From a bacterium (GTDB lineage Bacteria; Patescibacteriota; Minisyncoccia; Phycocordibacterales; UBA918), in contig JAYSUD010000001.1 of NCBI GenBank assembly GCA_043719295.1, forward strand, positions 189,799 to 253,798: a DNA stretch of 64,000 nt, written 5' to 3'. The notes beneath the pieces are model-generated. The model saw only the letters and a list, made by a program, of their open reading frames with translations, did no database searches and was not told the origin of the DNA. Made by a program: the position numbers and the translations under genes. Positions 9,001 to 17,367 of the stretch are shown piece by piece. How positions within the stretch are numbered: the stretch's first letter is position 1; every line of letters starts with the position of its first letter.

Positions 9001-10902
9001 AACCCAACAGGAGTTCAAGATTCTACACCAGATTTTTCTGCAATCTTCAGAGATAGCGATGTCGGTAATGTGGCTTCAGCATACCAATTACAAGTAAGTG
9101 CATCATCAACAAACTGGAATACTCTTGTATGGGATTCACTCCAAACAACCCTTAACCCAACAGTAGCTATTGGTGCCCGAAGTCAAGAAATCGCGTACGG
9201 AGGAGGAGCTTTAGTTCCAAGCACTAATTACTACTGGCGAATTAAATTCTTTGACAACCTCAATACCGCAGGGTCATGGAGTACCACAACCGCAAGCTTC
9301 TCACTTGCAAACTTTATTGGCATTAAACATCTTATCTATAATTACGACGTACTTGGTAACATCACCTCTATTAGCGATGTTACAAATCCACTAAGTGCAA
9401 CCGCTAACGTGTATACCTACGACGACCTCAATCGATTACTAACGTATGCGACAGCACCGGTAACAGTTACTCAAACAGCAGATCCACTCTTACCAACAAT
9501 TGCACTTGGATCAAACACCAATCAAGAAGCATACACATACAACTCCCTTGGCAACCTCCTAACCAAAACAGGACAAGGAAGTTACATATACGCTGGTAAC
9601 ACAGCCTCTTTGTACGCAAATCCTCACGCGCCAACAAGTATAAACAGCGTGTCACACACCTACGACCAAAACGGTAACCTCACCAACAAAGGTACCAACA
9701 CCTACTCATGGCACTATACCAACCGTATGGCAGGCTCTGTTGAAGGTGTAAACACCCTCACATACACATACAACACCCAAGGCCAACGTATCTCAAAGAC
9801 AAAGGGAAGTACAGTAACTCGGTATCCTTTCGTGAATTACGAAGTACGAGGAAGTACCACAACCAAACAAGTGTTCTTAGGGGATACACTGGTAACTACA
9901 ATAGAAAACAACGGCAGCTCCTCCAAAGCCTACCAAGTCCACCCTGACCATCTTGGAAGTACACTCTTTACCACCACAGAACAAGGGAAGGTGGCACAAC
10001 TTTTGTCATACAAACCGTATGGAGAAGAGACTATGGGGACGAGTTCTAATAGAGTACAGAGGCACTATATTGGACAGACCAGTGACAGTGAGACAAGTCT
10101 TGATTACTTGAATGCGAGGTACTATGATCCGAGGAAGGGGGAGTTTATTTCACAGGATCCGGTGTTTTTAAGTAATTCACAGAATCTTGCAAATCCGCAG
10201 TCATTAAACAGTTATAGTTATGCTGAAGGGAATCCTATTAATCGGAAGGATCCAAGTGGGTTGGCTACTTGGCAAGGATCTAAAAAGGCAATCTTAAAAA
10301 GTACAGTAAAGATTCTCCAGAGTTATGAGTCACTTCTTCGAAGTGCAAAAGCCGATCCGGTACGTACAGCTAAAGCTGTGGGAAAGTCTGCGGGGAGTTC
10401 GGCTGTAAATGTACTATTTAATTCTGGTGGAATGACTTATGATGCAGCAGCAGCAACAAGAGACAGCATAAAGAAATTCGGAAACGGTTCTGATGCGGTT
10501 CAAGATCAAATGATTGGGAATGGAGCTGTATTTGTGGTAGGTTTCTTTCTTCCGGGAAAGAATTTAAAGAGGATCCCAGATGATGCCTTAGTGGTTAGAG
10601 GAGGTGGTCCTTCCAACTTCGCCCCAGACAAGTTCAGGATTGCAGAGCATAAAAACGCTCCTGGAGTAGTCGGATTCTCAGTGCAATGTGCTTCAGGAAT
10701 GTGTGCAAATGACCTTGCAAGTAATCTACCAAATCAACAGGTTGCACAAACAACTGTTGCACAAATTAGGGCAGCGGGTGGAGACGTTGTTGCTACACCT
10801 GGCCACGGCCAACATTCAACCGTCACAGGGTTAGATGGGCAAGCAGCAAGTCAAGTGCAGTGGGGATTCTTTACAAACCCTAATCCTTGGGATGGCTCAT
10901 GA
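3088..10902 (+). CDS. Secreted RHS/YD-repeat polymorphic toxin with SpvB-like N-terminus and FG-GAP/VCBS repeats (TcB/TcC-like fusion)
   Basis: Signal-peptide-like N-terminus (ATG 3088 after GGAG; ORF open from 3013); P.L.L.YNS...FGYGWS; repeated D(I/V)NGDG..D; YD repeats; core DHLGS, YLNARYYDP, F.SQDP, NPINRKDPSG; distinct C-terminal tip. Confidence 0.9.
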   Translation: MTFLILKKSASCMLALFVLLSPVLVSAVESETTVSTEETYSVVESETDSAAVTQSKATKETPPAEAPQPVSQSSSATSETQAGTSYLYDPGARSDFPKVNTQDGSMQFSYDVKVPQGRGITTPSLTLSYNSNFTAQNSAFGYGWSISIPSIKRMNKQGTTYLYSKNFFESSFDGELVRVSTSTYLPKVDTGSYRKYNFSNNVWTITEKDGTKYIFGSTTQSRHNNPASSTQIYAWNLEEVRDTNSNYASYTYFKDQGQIYPNTITYSGNNVTPGVFSVVFNRQARGDDIVSYETGFIATTSFRINQIETQQSSSWLQRYDLGYTTGANSNRSLLSSVTQSGRDESGVVSSLPSTNFSYETQTTGDKQWTTDASWTIPENFITGYANLDEGVRDFDINGDGLIDIIKYKNAKISPTYAATPSQTIWLNTGTSWATTSTWTLPQPMATTTPFAFVGYEPSLGISSVDLGARFADVNGDGFTDILWGYKTDTTGMPYPYNHNFGKVYLNNKTNGFTESANYALPTDIRFVVQNKDGGVQIADITGDGLPDLLKSSKIVANGSTTISKKVYVNNGVTWVTASTSWSIPELILDQGEDAGTRVIDINGDGLADILRNTASDYNQGTLQVNKTYLNTGYGWKAVSDTWDSPVPFVYLFQTHGVQSLSPRFVDINGDGLIDIYSNQSGSIYSNTSTHINTGEGWSDQSSTWTEPQLLKFTYANNGTWGAETGVRLMDLDGDNMIDFVKSGPNNTYPTDSHEKKVMIHNATVPDLLKTVEYPEGGLLQVSYKQSPLYKNSLNKNRNPLLPRVLNTVFTLTYDDKVTTPYTDTYSYDGGSYFFGSSTNRYFAGFGTTTVVDSIGNITKSYAHQGNTSQSQLGEFQDSEVKIGKQYSIEKFDVNKNLYARTISQWESYNRGSGATYVYKTKDLTQQYDGDTDHKDTVVIYNVGAAAGNLITLIELGEVTSTTTTGAFVDTGTDRKDTTYQYAQNAGLTIIGLPSKETVTNQSAVKVRETNYYYDNQVLGTATLGNVTKKEDWVVGSTYVNTRSTYNSYGLPTKLMNTKGATTSLKYDTLNLYPTVISNPLLQSATSSFDYTNGREKTLLTPNNVLFETKFDGLDRVIQTKKPDPTTGVSTIASELSYGTTRNAFNVFSTSNVTPSVAVLEYQYLDGFGRKIQNRKEAETAGQYAVSDYTYGKNGRLIKASLPYFSNGTNKTSPTSQINLYTSYKYDPLERVSAVVTTIGTTSTAYDQWRQTETNAKGKQKVYVYDAYNNLVAVEEKEGVNTYTTSYLYDLNKNLTKVTDSLGNIRNATYDGLSRRLTLQDLHATADTTFGSWTSSYDTEGNITSITDPKAQVINRTYDTLNRQLTENYTGTAGTELTYAYDTCTKGIGFLCTAKNTDATTTYKYNPAGGVYVQNETVGSTKYTATTTYTLRGDVSTSTYPDRAQVVYRFDGAGNITAIGEKELTGALHDIVTNIDYGPHGQIIYRENGNGVYTNYVYDANALYRLKAQKTTAVAGTGGSGVDQQALEAELIFTLPQSTTTLSDYTGSFATSSTEATSSAVATDFETVETSATSSQSTKAINQEIKSATTTTQIKKDVATTTQNSKVDVPESERIKDVQGAKIASSLLGKNFLERAELKAQAMSLVKIGTSTPIVDSKFGITLEIQAIEKIENGVQVFIRAWKNGKQLGFGPDGSIEIERIRIINPPILVRRNGQLVEDLKVALEESVLHTVASIGQENTSILAGSIGNTTTTVYPASGAISPVDGRCSEDRYPSWTQVRDSLNCRISSVVEANGNLYNTLGTGSGASNYAITRNYTFFDTSAIPDMDAIYSATYSLFGNGPGDTSLAGTVQRVHVVTSNSINSSNIYTSDFPSVGSVSLGESDNSWDTANYNDFPLNATGMSAVSKVGITKFAIRGHYDLMDIVPDNANEFSVGFYFADQAGTTNDPKLIVQHTANAIPLPPILLRTEGVANPTGVQDSTPDFSAIFRDSDVGNVASAYQLQVSASSTNWNTLVWDSLQTTLNPTVAIGARSQEIAYGGGALVPSTNYYWRIKFFDNLNTAGSWSTTTASFSLANFIGIKHLIYNYDVLGNITSISDVTNPLSATANVYTYDDLNRLLTYATAPVTVTQTADPLLPTIALGSNTNQEAYTYNSLGNLLTKTGQGSYIYAGNTASLYANPHAPTSINSVSHTYDQNGNLTNKGTNTYSWHYTNRMAGSVEGVNTLTYTYNTQGQRISKTKGSTVTRYPFVNYEVRGSTTTKQVFLGDTLVTTIENNGSSSKAYQVHPDHLGSTLFTTTEQGKVAQLLSYKPYGEETMGTSSNRVQRHYIGQTSDSETSLDYLNARYYDPRKGEFISQDPVFLSNSQNLANPQSLNSYSYAEGNPINRKDPSGLATWQGSKKAILKSTVKILQSYESLLRSAKADPVRTAKAVGKSAGSSAVNVLFNSGGMTYDAAAATRDSIKKFGNGSDAVQDQMIGNGAVFVVGFFLPGKNLKRIPDDALVVRGGGPSNFAPDKFRIAEHKNAPGVVGFSVQCASGMCANDLASNLPNQQVAQTTVAQIRAAGGDVVATPGHGQHSTVTGLDGQAASQVQWGFFTNPNPWDGS

Positions 10903-11282
10903 AAATAAAAAACTTAAGTGATTTGCGTAATGCAGATATAAAATTCAAATTAGAGAAAATACCTACAAACGAAATTATTATAAAAAGCGTAGATAATTTT
11001 TGCGACGGTCCACTAAGTGGAGAATGCACTTGGCGGAACAAAGAATATTATTATCAGTGCTTTGATCAGATTGATCCACATACAGACGAAGATCTTCGCC
11101 CAAGGAAGTATCTTTTGCTTCATTTAACTCCTCAACAATTTAACGAAAATTCTCTACTAGAAAAACTCTATGCCAAAAGTGCAGACAGTGATTCTCTGAG
11201 AAATGAATATCTATTTGAGTATGAAAAATCTACTCCACAAATAATACGTAGAGAACAGATTATCGCTTGGTTTGAGGAATGA
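10899..11282 (+). CDS. Putative cognate immunity protein
   Basis: Small AT-rich ORF translationally coupled (ATGA overlap) to the RHS stop. Confidence 0.7.
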   Translation: MKIKNLSDLRNADIKFKLEKIPTNEIIIKSVDNFCDGPLSGECTWRNKEYYYQCFDQIDPHTDEDLRPRKYLLLHLTPQQFNENSLLEKLYAKSADSDSLRNEYLFEYEKSTPQIIRREQIIAWFEE

Positions 11283-11361
11283 ACAAAGTGTCGATAGAAT
11301 AGACGCAGCAATAGCTGATAGTTATATGACACCAGCAGGAGACAGTCGCGCAATGGGGCAT

Positions 11362-12127
11362 AAAAGGGGATAAGTCCAATAAAAACTCAAATATCATGGT
11401 CTAATAAATTAATGCCTCGCATGAACAGAGTTGCCGTAGGTAACACTGTGTATCACGTACTTAATCGTGCAAATGGTCGTGCTCAAATCTTTCACACTGA
11501 TGCAGAATACCAACACTTCGAATCACTCCTTTTAGAAGGTGTGGAGCTTATCGGTATGAGAATACTCGCATACTGCATCATGCCAAATCACTGGCATCTT
11601 GTACTCTATCCACATAAGGATGGAAATATGAGTGAGTTTATGCGGTGGGTTACTACCACACATGTTCGACAACGACGGACACAAACAAAAAGTGTCGGTG
11701 CAGGTCATTTGTATCAAGGTACATACAAATCGTTTCCAATTGAAACCGATCACCATTTACTCACCGTGATACGCTATGTTGAACAAAATCCATTACGAGC
11801 AAAGCTTGTGACTCAAGCAGAACAATGGCAATGGTCATCTTTATATAGAAGGGAGAGAAATAATGACGAAGATAAAAAGTTTCTGTCAGTACTTCCAACA
11901 GAATTACCAGAGAATTATCTTGAATCAGTTAATACTATTCTTTCTGAATCAGTTCTAACCAGCGTTCGTCATTCTCTCACCAAGGGTACTCCGTATGGTG
12001 GAGATATTTGGACAAGGGAGATGATTGATAAGTATAATTTAGGGAGTACCATACGAGGTCCAGGGAGACCAAGATTAGATTAATATTACAACATGAATAT
12101 TGCAGAAATAACGGACGTATCCCTGTT
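11362..12127. mobile_element. RAYT-like unit bounded by imperfect inverted motifs
   Basis: GGGATAAGTCC (11367-11377) versus reverse complement of GGACGTATCCC (12113-12123), 10/11 match, enclosing the transposase gene. Confidence 0.55.
11412..12083 (+). CDS. REP-associated tyrosine transposase-like (Y1 HUH, IS200/IS605 superfamily)
   Basis: MPR..R start, YHVLNRAN, AYCIMPNHWHL (HUH), HLYQG.YKS, YVEQNP.RA.LV, W.WSS, C-terminal R.PGRP; no tnpB. Confidence 0.9.
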   Translation: MPRMNRVAVGNTVYHVLNRANGRAQIFHTDAEYQHFESLLLEGVELIGMRILAYCIMPNHWHLVLYPHKDGNMSEFMRWVTTTHVRQRRTQTKSVGAGHLYQGTYKSFPIETDHHLLTVIRYVEQNPLRAKLVTQAEQWQWSSLYRRERNNDEDKKFLSVLPTELPENYLESVNTILSESVLTSVRHSLTKGTPYGGDIWTREMIDKYNLGSTIRGPGRPRLD

Positions 12128-12208
12128 ACCTCAAAAATAGAAATCTACCCTCCTCTGTTTTAGTTGCAACTATAGATTGTTGTAGTGCTATACTTATTTC
12201 AATAATTT

Positions 12209-13327
12209 ATGATCAAGATTGTTCTAGTTGGAGGGGGGAGTGGAGGGCATTTTTATCCGCTTATTGCGGTAGCTGAGCAAGTGGCAGCGTATAAAAAAAG
12301 AGGACTTGATGTAGAGATGTACTACATGGGTACAGAGGCCTATAACCAGGCTGACCTTGATGCCAATGGGATTTCTTTTATCTACTGTCCATCGGGAAAG
12401 AGACGAAAGTATTTTTCACTCTTAAACTATTTTGATATTTTTAAAGTTATCTATGGTTTTTTTGTAGCGGTTTATAAACTGTACATTCTCTATCCTGATG
12501 TTGTCTTTAGTAAGGGAAGTTATACGAGCGTTCCGGTAACGCTTGCTGCATGGGTGTTACGTATTCCGGTTGTTGTACACGAATCAGACACACGTCCCGG
12601 AAGTGCAAACAAACTTGAGTCACGGTTTGCACGATACGTTGCAATTTCTTTTGAAGAAGTAGCACAGTACTTTCCTCAAGACAAAATTGGACTTACTGGA
12701 ATCCCACTTCGTAAAGCGTTTGTAGAAAAAATTGATAATCCTGTTATGGAGCTTGGGCTACCTTCTGACAAACCACTCATCTTTGTTACCGGTGGTTCTT
12801 TTGGTGCACAGCGACTTAATAACCTCATTTTAGAATCGCTTAACGAACTGTTGCCTTCATACGTCATACTCCATCAAACAGGGGAGACCAATGCAAAAGA
12901 AGTGCAGAGTTATGCGTCAACTATTATTAATGATACACAACTCCTTGCGCACTACTTTGTAAAAGGTTCTTTAACAGCGAGAGAAATGAACCTTGCTTCA
13001 AGTGTTGCGTCACTTATCATCTCAAGAGCGGGAACGGGAAGTATCTATGAAATAGCTCAAAAAGGGAAGCCGGCAATTTTGATCCCAATACCCGAAGCAA
13101 TTAGCCACGATCAAAAGACAAACGCATATGCGTATGCACGAACGGGAGGTGCGTCGGTCCTTGAGGAGGGGAATTTAACTGACGGTTTGCTTGCTTCTGA
13201 AATTAGCCGTATTATGGAAAACCAAGAGGTATACGATTCTATGCAGAAAAATGCACTCGCATTTGGACATACTGACGCGAGCCTAAAGATTGCTGATACC
13301 CTAATTGGGATCGCTCAAGAACACTAG
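12209..13327 (+). CDS. murG: Undecaprenyl-PP-MurNAc-pentapeptide GlcNAc transferase
   Basis: GGGSGGHFYP, HESD, TGGSFGA, SRAG and HDQ..NA motifs. Confidence 0.95.
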   Translation: MIKIVLVGGGSGGHFYPLIAVAEQVAAYKKRGLDVEMYYMGTEAYNQADLDANGISFIYCPSGKRRKYFSLLNYFDIFKVIYGFFVAVYKLYILYPDVVFSKGSYTSVPVTLAAWVLRIPVVVHESDTRPGSANKLESRFARYVAISFEEVAQYFPQDKIGLTGIPLRKAFVEKIDNPVMELGLPSDKPLIFVTGGSFGAQRLNNLILESLNELLPSYVILHQTGETNAKEVQSYASTIINDTQLLAHYFVKGSLTAREMNLASSVASLIISRAGTGSIYEIAQKGKPAILIPIPEAISHDQKTNAYAYARTGGASVLEEGNLTDGLLASEISRIMENQEVYDSMQKNALAFGHTDASLKIADTLIGIAQEH

Positions 13328-13329
13328 TC

Positions 13330-13449
13330 GGACCTGCATAAATGGCACATTTCTTCGTTATACTGCATAAAATAACACTCATCGTACCCAACGTACGCCT
13401 CGCATTATTTCACTTGTATGCCTCGAACTGCACTCGTTACTGTAGGTCC
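13330..13449 (-). repeat. Family A element copy A2
   Basis: Reverse complement reads GGACC..AGTGCAGTTCGAGGC-ATAC..GAGGCGTAC-gttgg-GTACGATGA..GTAT-AACGAAGAA..GGTCC; starts 2 nt after murG TAG. Confidence 0.9.
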
Positions 13450-13537
13450 TTGGAAGTTAACAAATTGATTTTAGTATTCAATTTGGTATCATTTAAATAA
13501 TAACCATATTTTCCAACATATTTCTCTGACTAATTAT

Positions 13538-14995
13538 ATGAATCAAAACCAAAAAGTAGTAACACGTTTTGCACCGTCGCCAACGGGGTTTATGCATATT
13601 GGGGGTGTGCGTACTGCGCTTTTTTCATACTTGTATGCTCGAAAGCACAATGGAACGTTTATTCTCCGCATTGAAGATACAGACAAAGAGCGGGAAGTAG
13701 CGGGGTCAATTGCGCATATAATGGAATCACTTTTGTGGCTAGAGATACAGTGGGACTATGGTCCAGACAAAGTAAATCCGTTTGGTTCTTGTATTCAATC
13801 TGAACGGTTAGAATCATATAAAGAATTCGCACAGAAACTTATTGAGAAAGGGTTAGCGTACCCTGATCCATACACAAAGGAAGAGGTGGACGCCTTTCGG
13901 GCACAAGCTGAAACCGAAAAAAAGCCTTTTCTATTCCGTAACTACCGACCGGAAGTATTTGAAGTTTGGGATGGTACAAAACCGCTTCGATTGAAAGTGC
14001 CTGAAGTAAAACGATACACGTGGCAAGATGCTGTACGTGGTGAACTTACCGCAGGTGAAGAAATGGTTGATGATATTGTCATCATCAAAGCAGATGGATA
14101 CCCGACATACAACTTTGCCCATATCATTGATGATATGGCAATGGGAGTAACACACATTATGCGGGGAGAAGAGTTTATTTCAAGCATGCCAAAGTTTCTT
14201 TCTTTGTACGACGCACTTGAAATTCCATATCCTGTGTTTGTCACTATGCCACCGATCTTAAATGACGAGAAAACAAAAAAACTTGGTAAGCGTGATGGTG
14301 CAAAAGATATTCTTGACTATAAGAGTGAAGGATACTTACCTGAAACGATGATGAACTTTTTAGCACTCATTGGCTGGAACCCTGGAACCGAACAAGAACT
14401 TTTTTCACACAAAGAGCTCATCGAAGTATTTTCACTTGAAAAGATTCAAAAGAGTGGGGGAGCATTTAACGAAGAAAAGCTTCTTTGGATGAATAAAGAA
14501 TACCTGCAAAAAATGGAACCTTCTGCTTTTTTTGAGTATGTAAAAAAAGCACTCCCCGATGCAATTACAAACCATAGTGATTTTTCTGATGAAGTCTTAA
14601 ACAGACTTATTCCAATCATCAAAGAACGAATTCATGTACAAACTGAAATTACCAAAAGTGCACAAGAAGGGGAATATGACTTTGCGTTTATGACACCCGA
14701 TGTACCAAAACTGTTACTCCTGTGGAAAAACGATACTTCTGTACAAGATGCACTTCCTCGTCTGATACACACCATCACACTTCTTGAAACAGCTGATTTT
14801 AGCTCACCTGAAGCCATAAAAGCCTCATTATGGGCCTATGCAGAGGAAGTTGGACGTGGAGAGCTCCTATGGCCATTACGGGTTGCATTAACCGGAAAAG
14901 AGAAGTCGCCTGACCCTTTTGTATCAGCATTTGTCATCGGTAAAGAGGAAAGTATTGCACGTATCAAAAACGCATGTGCTAAAATAAGTGGGTAA
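13538..14995 (+). CDS. gltX: Glutamate--tRNA ligase
   Basis: RFAPSPTG, HIGG, LRIEDTD and KLGKR (KMSKS-like) motifs. Confidence 0.96.
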   Translation: MNQNQKVVTRFAPSPTGFMHIGGVRTALFSYLYARKHNGTFILRIEDTDKEREVAGSIAHIMESLLWLEIQWDYGPDKVNPFGSCIQSERLESYKEFAQKLIEKGLAYPDPYTKEEVDAFRAQAETEKKPFLFRNYRPEVFEVWDGTKPLRLKVPEVKRYTWQDAVRGELTAGEEMVDDIVIIKADGYPTYNFAHIIDDMAMGVTHIMRGEEFISSMPKFLSLYDALEIPYPVFVTMPPILNDEKTKKLGKRDGAKDILDYKSEGYLPETMMNFLALIGWNPGTEQELFSHKELIEVFSLEKIQKSGGAFNEEKLLWMNKEYLQKMEPSAFFEYVKKALPDAITNHSDFSDEVLNRLIPIIKERIHVQTEITKSAQEGEYDFAFMTPDVPKLLLLWKNDTSVQDALPRLIHTITLLETADFSSPEAIKASLWAYAEEVGRGELLWPLRVALTGKEKSPDPFVSAFVIGKEESIARIKNACAKISG

Positions 14996-16296
14996 TGTTT
15001 GTACGTCGATTTAGCATATTTATACTTGGACTCTTAGTCATCCCACTCTTATCTCTTGGGACTTCTTTTGTGCATGCACAAACTGCAGTTGAAAAACTTC
15101 AGGGTGAAATCACAGCAAAAAATACACGCTTGAGTGAAATTGAAAAAGAGATTGCAGGATACGAAGCGTCACTTAAAGAAGTGGGTGCAGAAAAGACAAC
15201 ACTCCAAAAAGCTATCAACCAACTCTCACTTGAGCGAAAAAAAGTACAAGCTGACATTAGCTACACAGAAAACAAAATCAGTGCAACTGATCTTGAAATC
15301 AATAAAATTACGTTCGAAATTGGGTTAACTGAAAAGAATATCAACCAAAACGAAAATGCGATTCGGGGGATTTTGAAGACCATGAACATCAATGATCAGG
15401 AAACGATGATTGAGATACTTCTCCAACACAAAAACATTTCTGAGTTTTGGAACGCATTTGAAGAACTTGAGACGGTTAAGAGTAAGATGTCCGAACAAAT
15501 TGCAAACTTGTCACAAGAGAAGGGGACACTTGTAGACAAGCGAGTTGATAACACTGAAAAGCGAGAAGAACTAGTTGATTTAAAAACACAATTTAGTGAT
15601 CAACAAGGAATCTTAACAAGCAACACTGCGACGAAAGCAGAGTTACTCTCTGCAACAAAAAATGAAGAAAAGGAGTATCAAGCAATGCTTAAAGCGAGAA
15701 AAGAAGCACGTGAGAAACTTGTAGCAGAAGTACAAGACATTGAGTCACAGTTAAAATTTATTCTTGATCCAACTTCTATCCCATCATCAGGAAGCAATGT
15801 ATTCCGATGGCCCGTTGATAATCCGTACATTACCCAATACTTCGGCTATACAAAATTTGCACTCCAAAGTGGCGCGTATAAAAACAACATGCACAACGGT
15901 ATGGACTTAGGTGCACCTGTTGGCACAAAAATTTACGCCCCCCTTGGTGGAACTGTGCGCATGACAGGGAATACCGACTTAGTTCCTGGGTGTTACTCAT
16001 GGGGTAAGTGGGCATTGGTTGATCATCCAAATGGTCTCTCATCAATGTTTGCTCACATGAGCCAAGTTTCTGTTACTCCTGGACAAGCCCTCAAGACAAG
16101 TGATGTTGTTGGCTACATTGGGAGTACTGGCTACTCAACTGGTCCTCACTTGCACTTTACACTCTACGTAACCGCCGGAGTACAAGTCAAACAATTTAAT
16201 CAATTCAAAGCTGTTACCGGGTGCGGAGCAGCGTTATCACCATTTGCTGCAGTTGAGGCGTATCTTGATCCACTGGATTATCTGTCACCGTTGTAA
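14995..16296 (+). CDS. M23 peptidase with coiled coil (EnvC/murein hydrolase activator-like)
   Basis: Signal peptide, long coiled coil, HNGMD and STGPHLHF motifs. Confidence 0.88.
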   Translation: MFVRRFSIFILGLLVIPLLSLGTSFVHAQTAVEKLQGEITAKNTRLSEIEKEIAGYEASLKEVGAEKTTLQKAINQLSLERKKVQADISYTENKISATDLEINKITFEIGLTEKNINQNENAIRGILKTMNINDQETMIEILLQHKNISEFWNAFEELETVKSKMSEQIANLSQEKGTLVDKRVDNTEKREELVDLKTQFSDQQGILTSNTATKAELLSATKNEEKEYQAMLKARKEAREKLVAEVQDIESQLKFILDPTSIPSSGSNVFRWPVDNPYITQYFGYTKFALQSGAYKNNMHNGMDLGAPVGTKIYAPLGGTVRMTGNTDLVPGCYSWGKWALVDHPNGLSSMFAHMSQVSVTPGQALKTSDVVGYIGSTGYSTGPHLHFTLYVTAGVQVKQFNQFKAVTGCGAALSPFAAVEAYLDPLDYLSPL

Positions 16297-16315
16297 ATTA
16301 GTTAATGAGAATAGA

Positions 16316-17227
16316 ATGAAAAGAGGAACAATAAAATTGATTATATATTCGTTCTTAGGTTTAATTATTATTATATTTCTTAGTGTTGTAGCAAACACCC
16401 CTACTGGGTACACCAAAACCATAGCAAGATATAACTGTGGCGCTTTTGATTTAGCATTACAACTAGATTTTGACAGAAATTGGCTGTGGGGAGATGTTAT
16501 TCGATATCAAATTGTATATAGCGATCAAGAATTCAAAAATAATATAATTTATCGAAATGGTTTATCCACACTGAAGTTTAGTGATCCTCGTGGTGTACCG
16601 CCTCTAAACTCAAATATATCTGTACGTATATTTTCTGAATCTGGAAGAAATCTTGTTCCTGTATACATTCCAAAAGTTGATGAACCTCTGCCATACGGAG
16701 ATGACAATAAAAAATTTTCTGATGCTGAATTTATATTTTTAGCTAACTGTATACAAGAAAATGAATTTGCAATATATAAAGCAACAGAGAATTTTAAACG
16801 CTATGTACCAATTCTATATTTAAAACGAACATCTGGTTTCTTATCAGATGAAATCCCTCAATTAGGAAGTCTTAGTCATATAGATAGTAGTTTGCTGTAT
16901 ACAAAAATTGAAGATTCATTTAGTGAAATGAACAATGATGAATTGGTCAGTGCAAAAAAGTTTTTTATTGATAATACTGCTGTATATGTTGATTTTAATG
17001 GTGATATTCGGTATATAGAAGATTATACTGCTTGGAAAAAAAGTGAAGACTCAACTGGTGAGGCGGAAAGTATTAGTGTAGGCACTATTTTTACAACCAA
17101 TCTTGAATCTACCAGCTTACTTGGGCCACTACAAGATATCTCGAATATGAAAACAGAAGATGATTTAACTTTTAAAGAGTACCTGAAGCAAGGTCAGAAA
17201 CGTTTTGGTATAGATTTTAAACTTTAA
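16316..17227 (+). CDS. Hypothetical membrane-anchored protein (AT-rich, likely acquired)
   Basis: Long ORF with an N-terminal TM after MKRG; no recognised motif. Confidence 0.65.
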   Translation: MKRGTIKLIIYSFLGLIIIIFLSVVANTPTGYTKTIARYNCGAFDLALQLDFDRNWLWGDVIRYQIVYSDQEFKNNIIYRNGLSTLKFSDPRGVPPLNSNISVRIFSESGRNLVPVYIPKVDEPLPYGDDNKKFSDAEFIFLANCIQENEFAIYKATENFKRYVPILYLKRTSGFLSDEIPQLGSLSHIDSSLLYTKIEDSFSEMNNDELVSAKKFFIDNTAVYVDFNGDIRYIEDYTAWKKSEDSTGEAESISVGTIFTTNLESTSLLGPLQDISNMKTEDDLTFKEYLKQGQKRFGIDFKL

Positions 17228-17367
17228 AGTAAAATATATAAACTGATTTACCATAATAAAGTCAGTTTGTGAATAACCGGTTGATATTGTTCTTTATAAA
17301 CCTAAGGATAATCTGTGGACAAGGGATAACCCTTTAGTATTTTTAGTTGATGCTACAATAAGTGAAC

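Noticed and set aside
11412-12083. Canonical IS200/IS605 insertion sequence
   Set aside because: No tnpB or IS200-type subterminal hairpins; length and the NP.RA/W.WSS motifs fit RAYT-like proteins.
17266-17330. DnaA-box-like words suggesting oriC
   Set aside because: Only two single-mismatch boxes; no dnaA and no box cluster.
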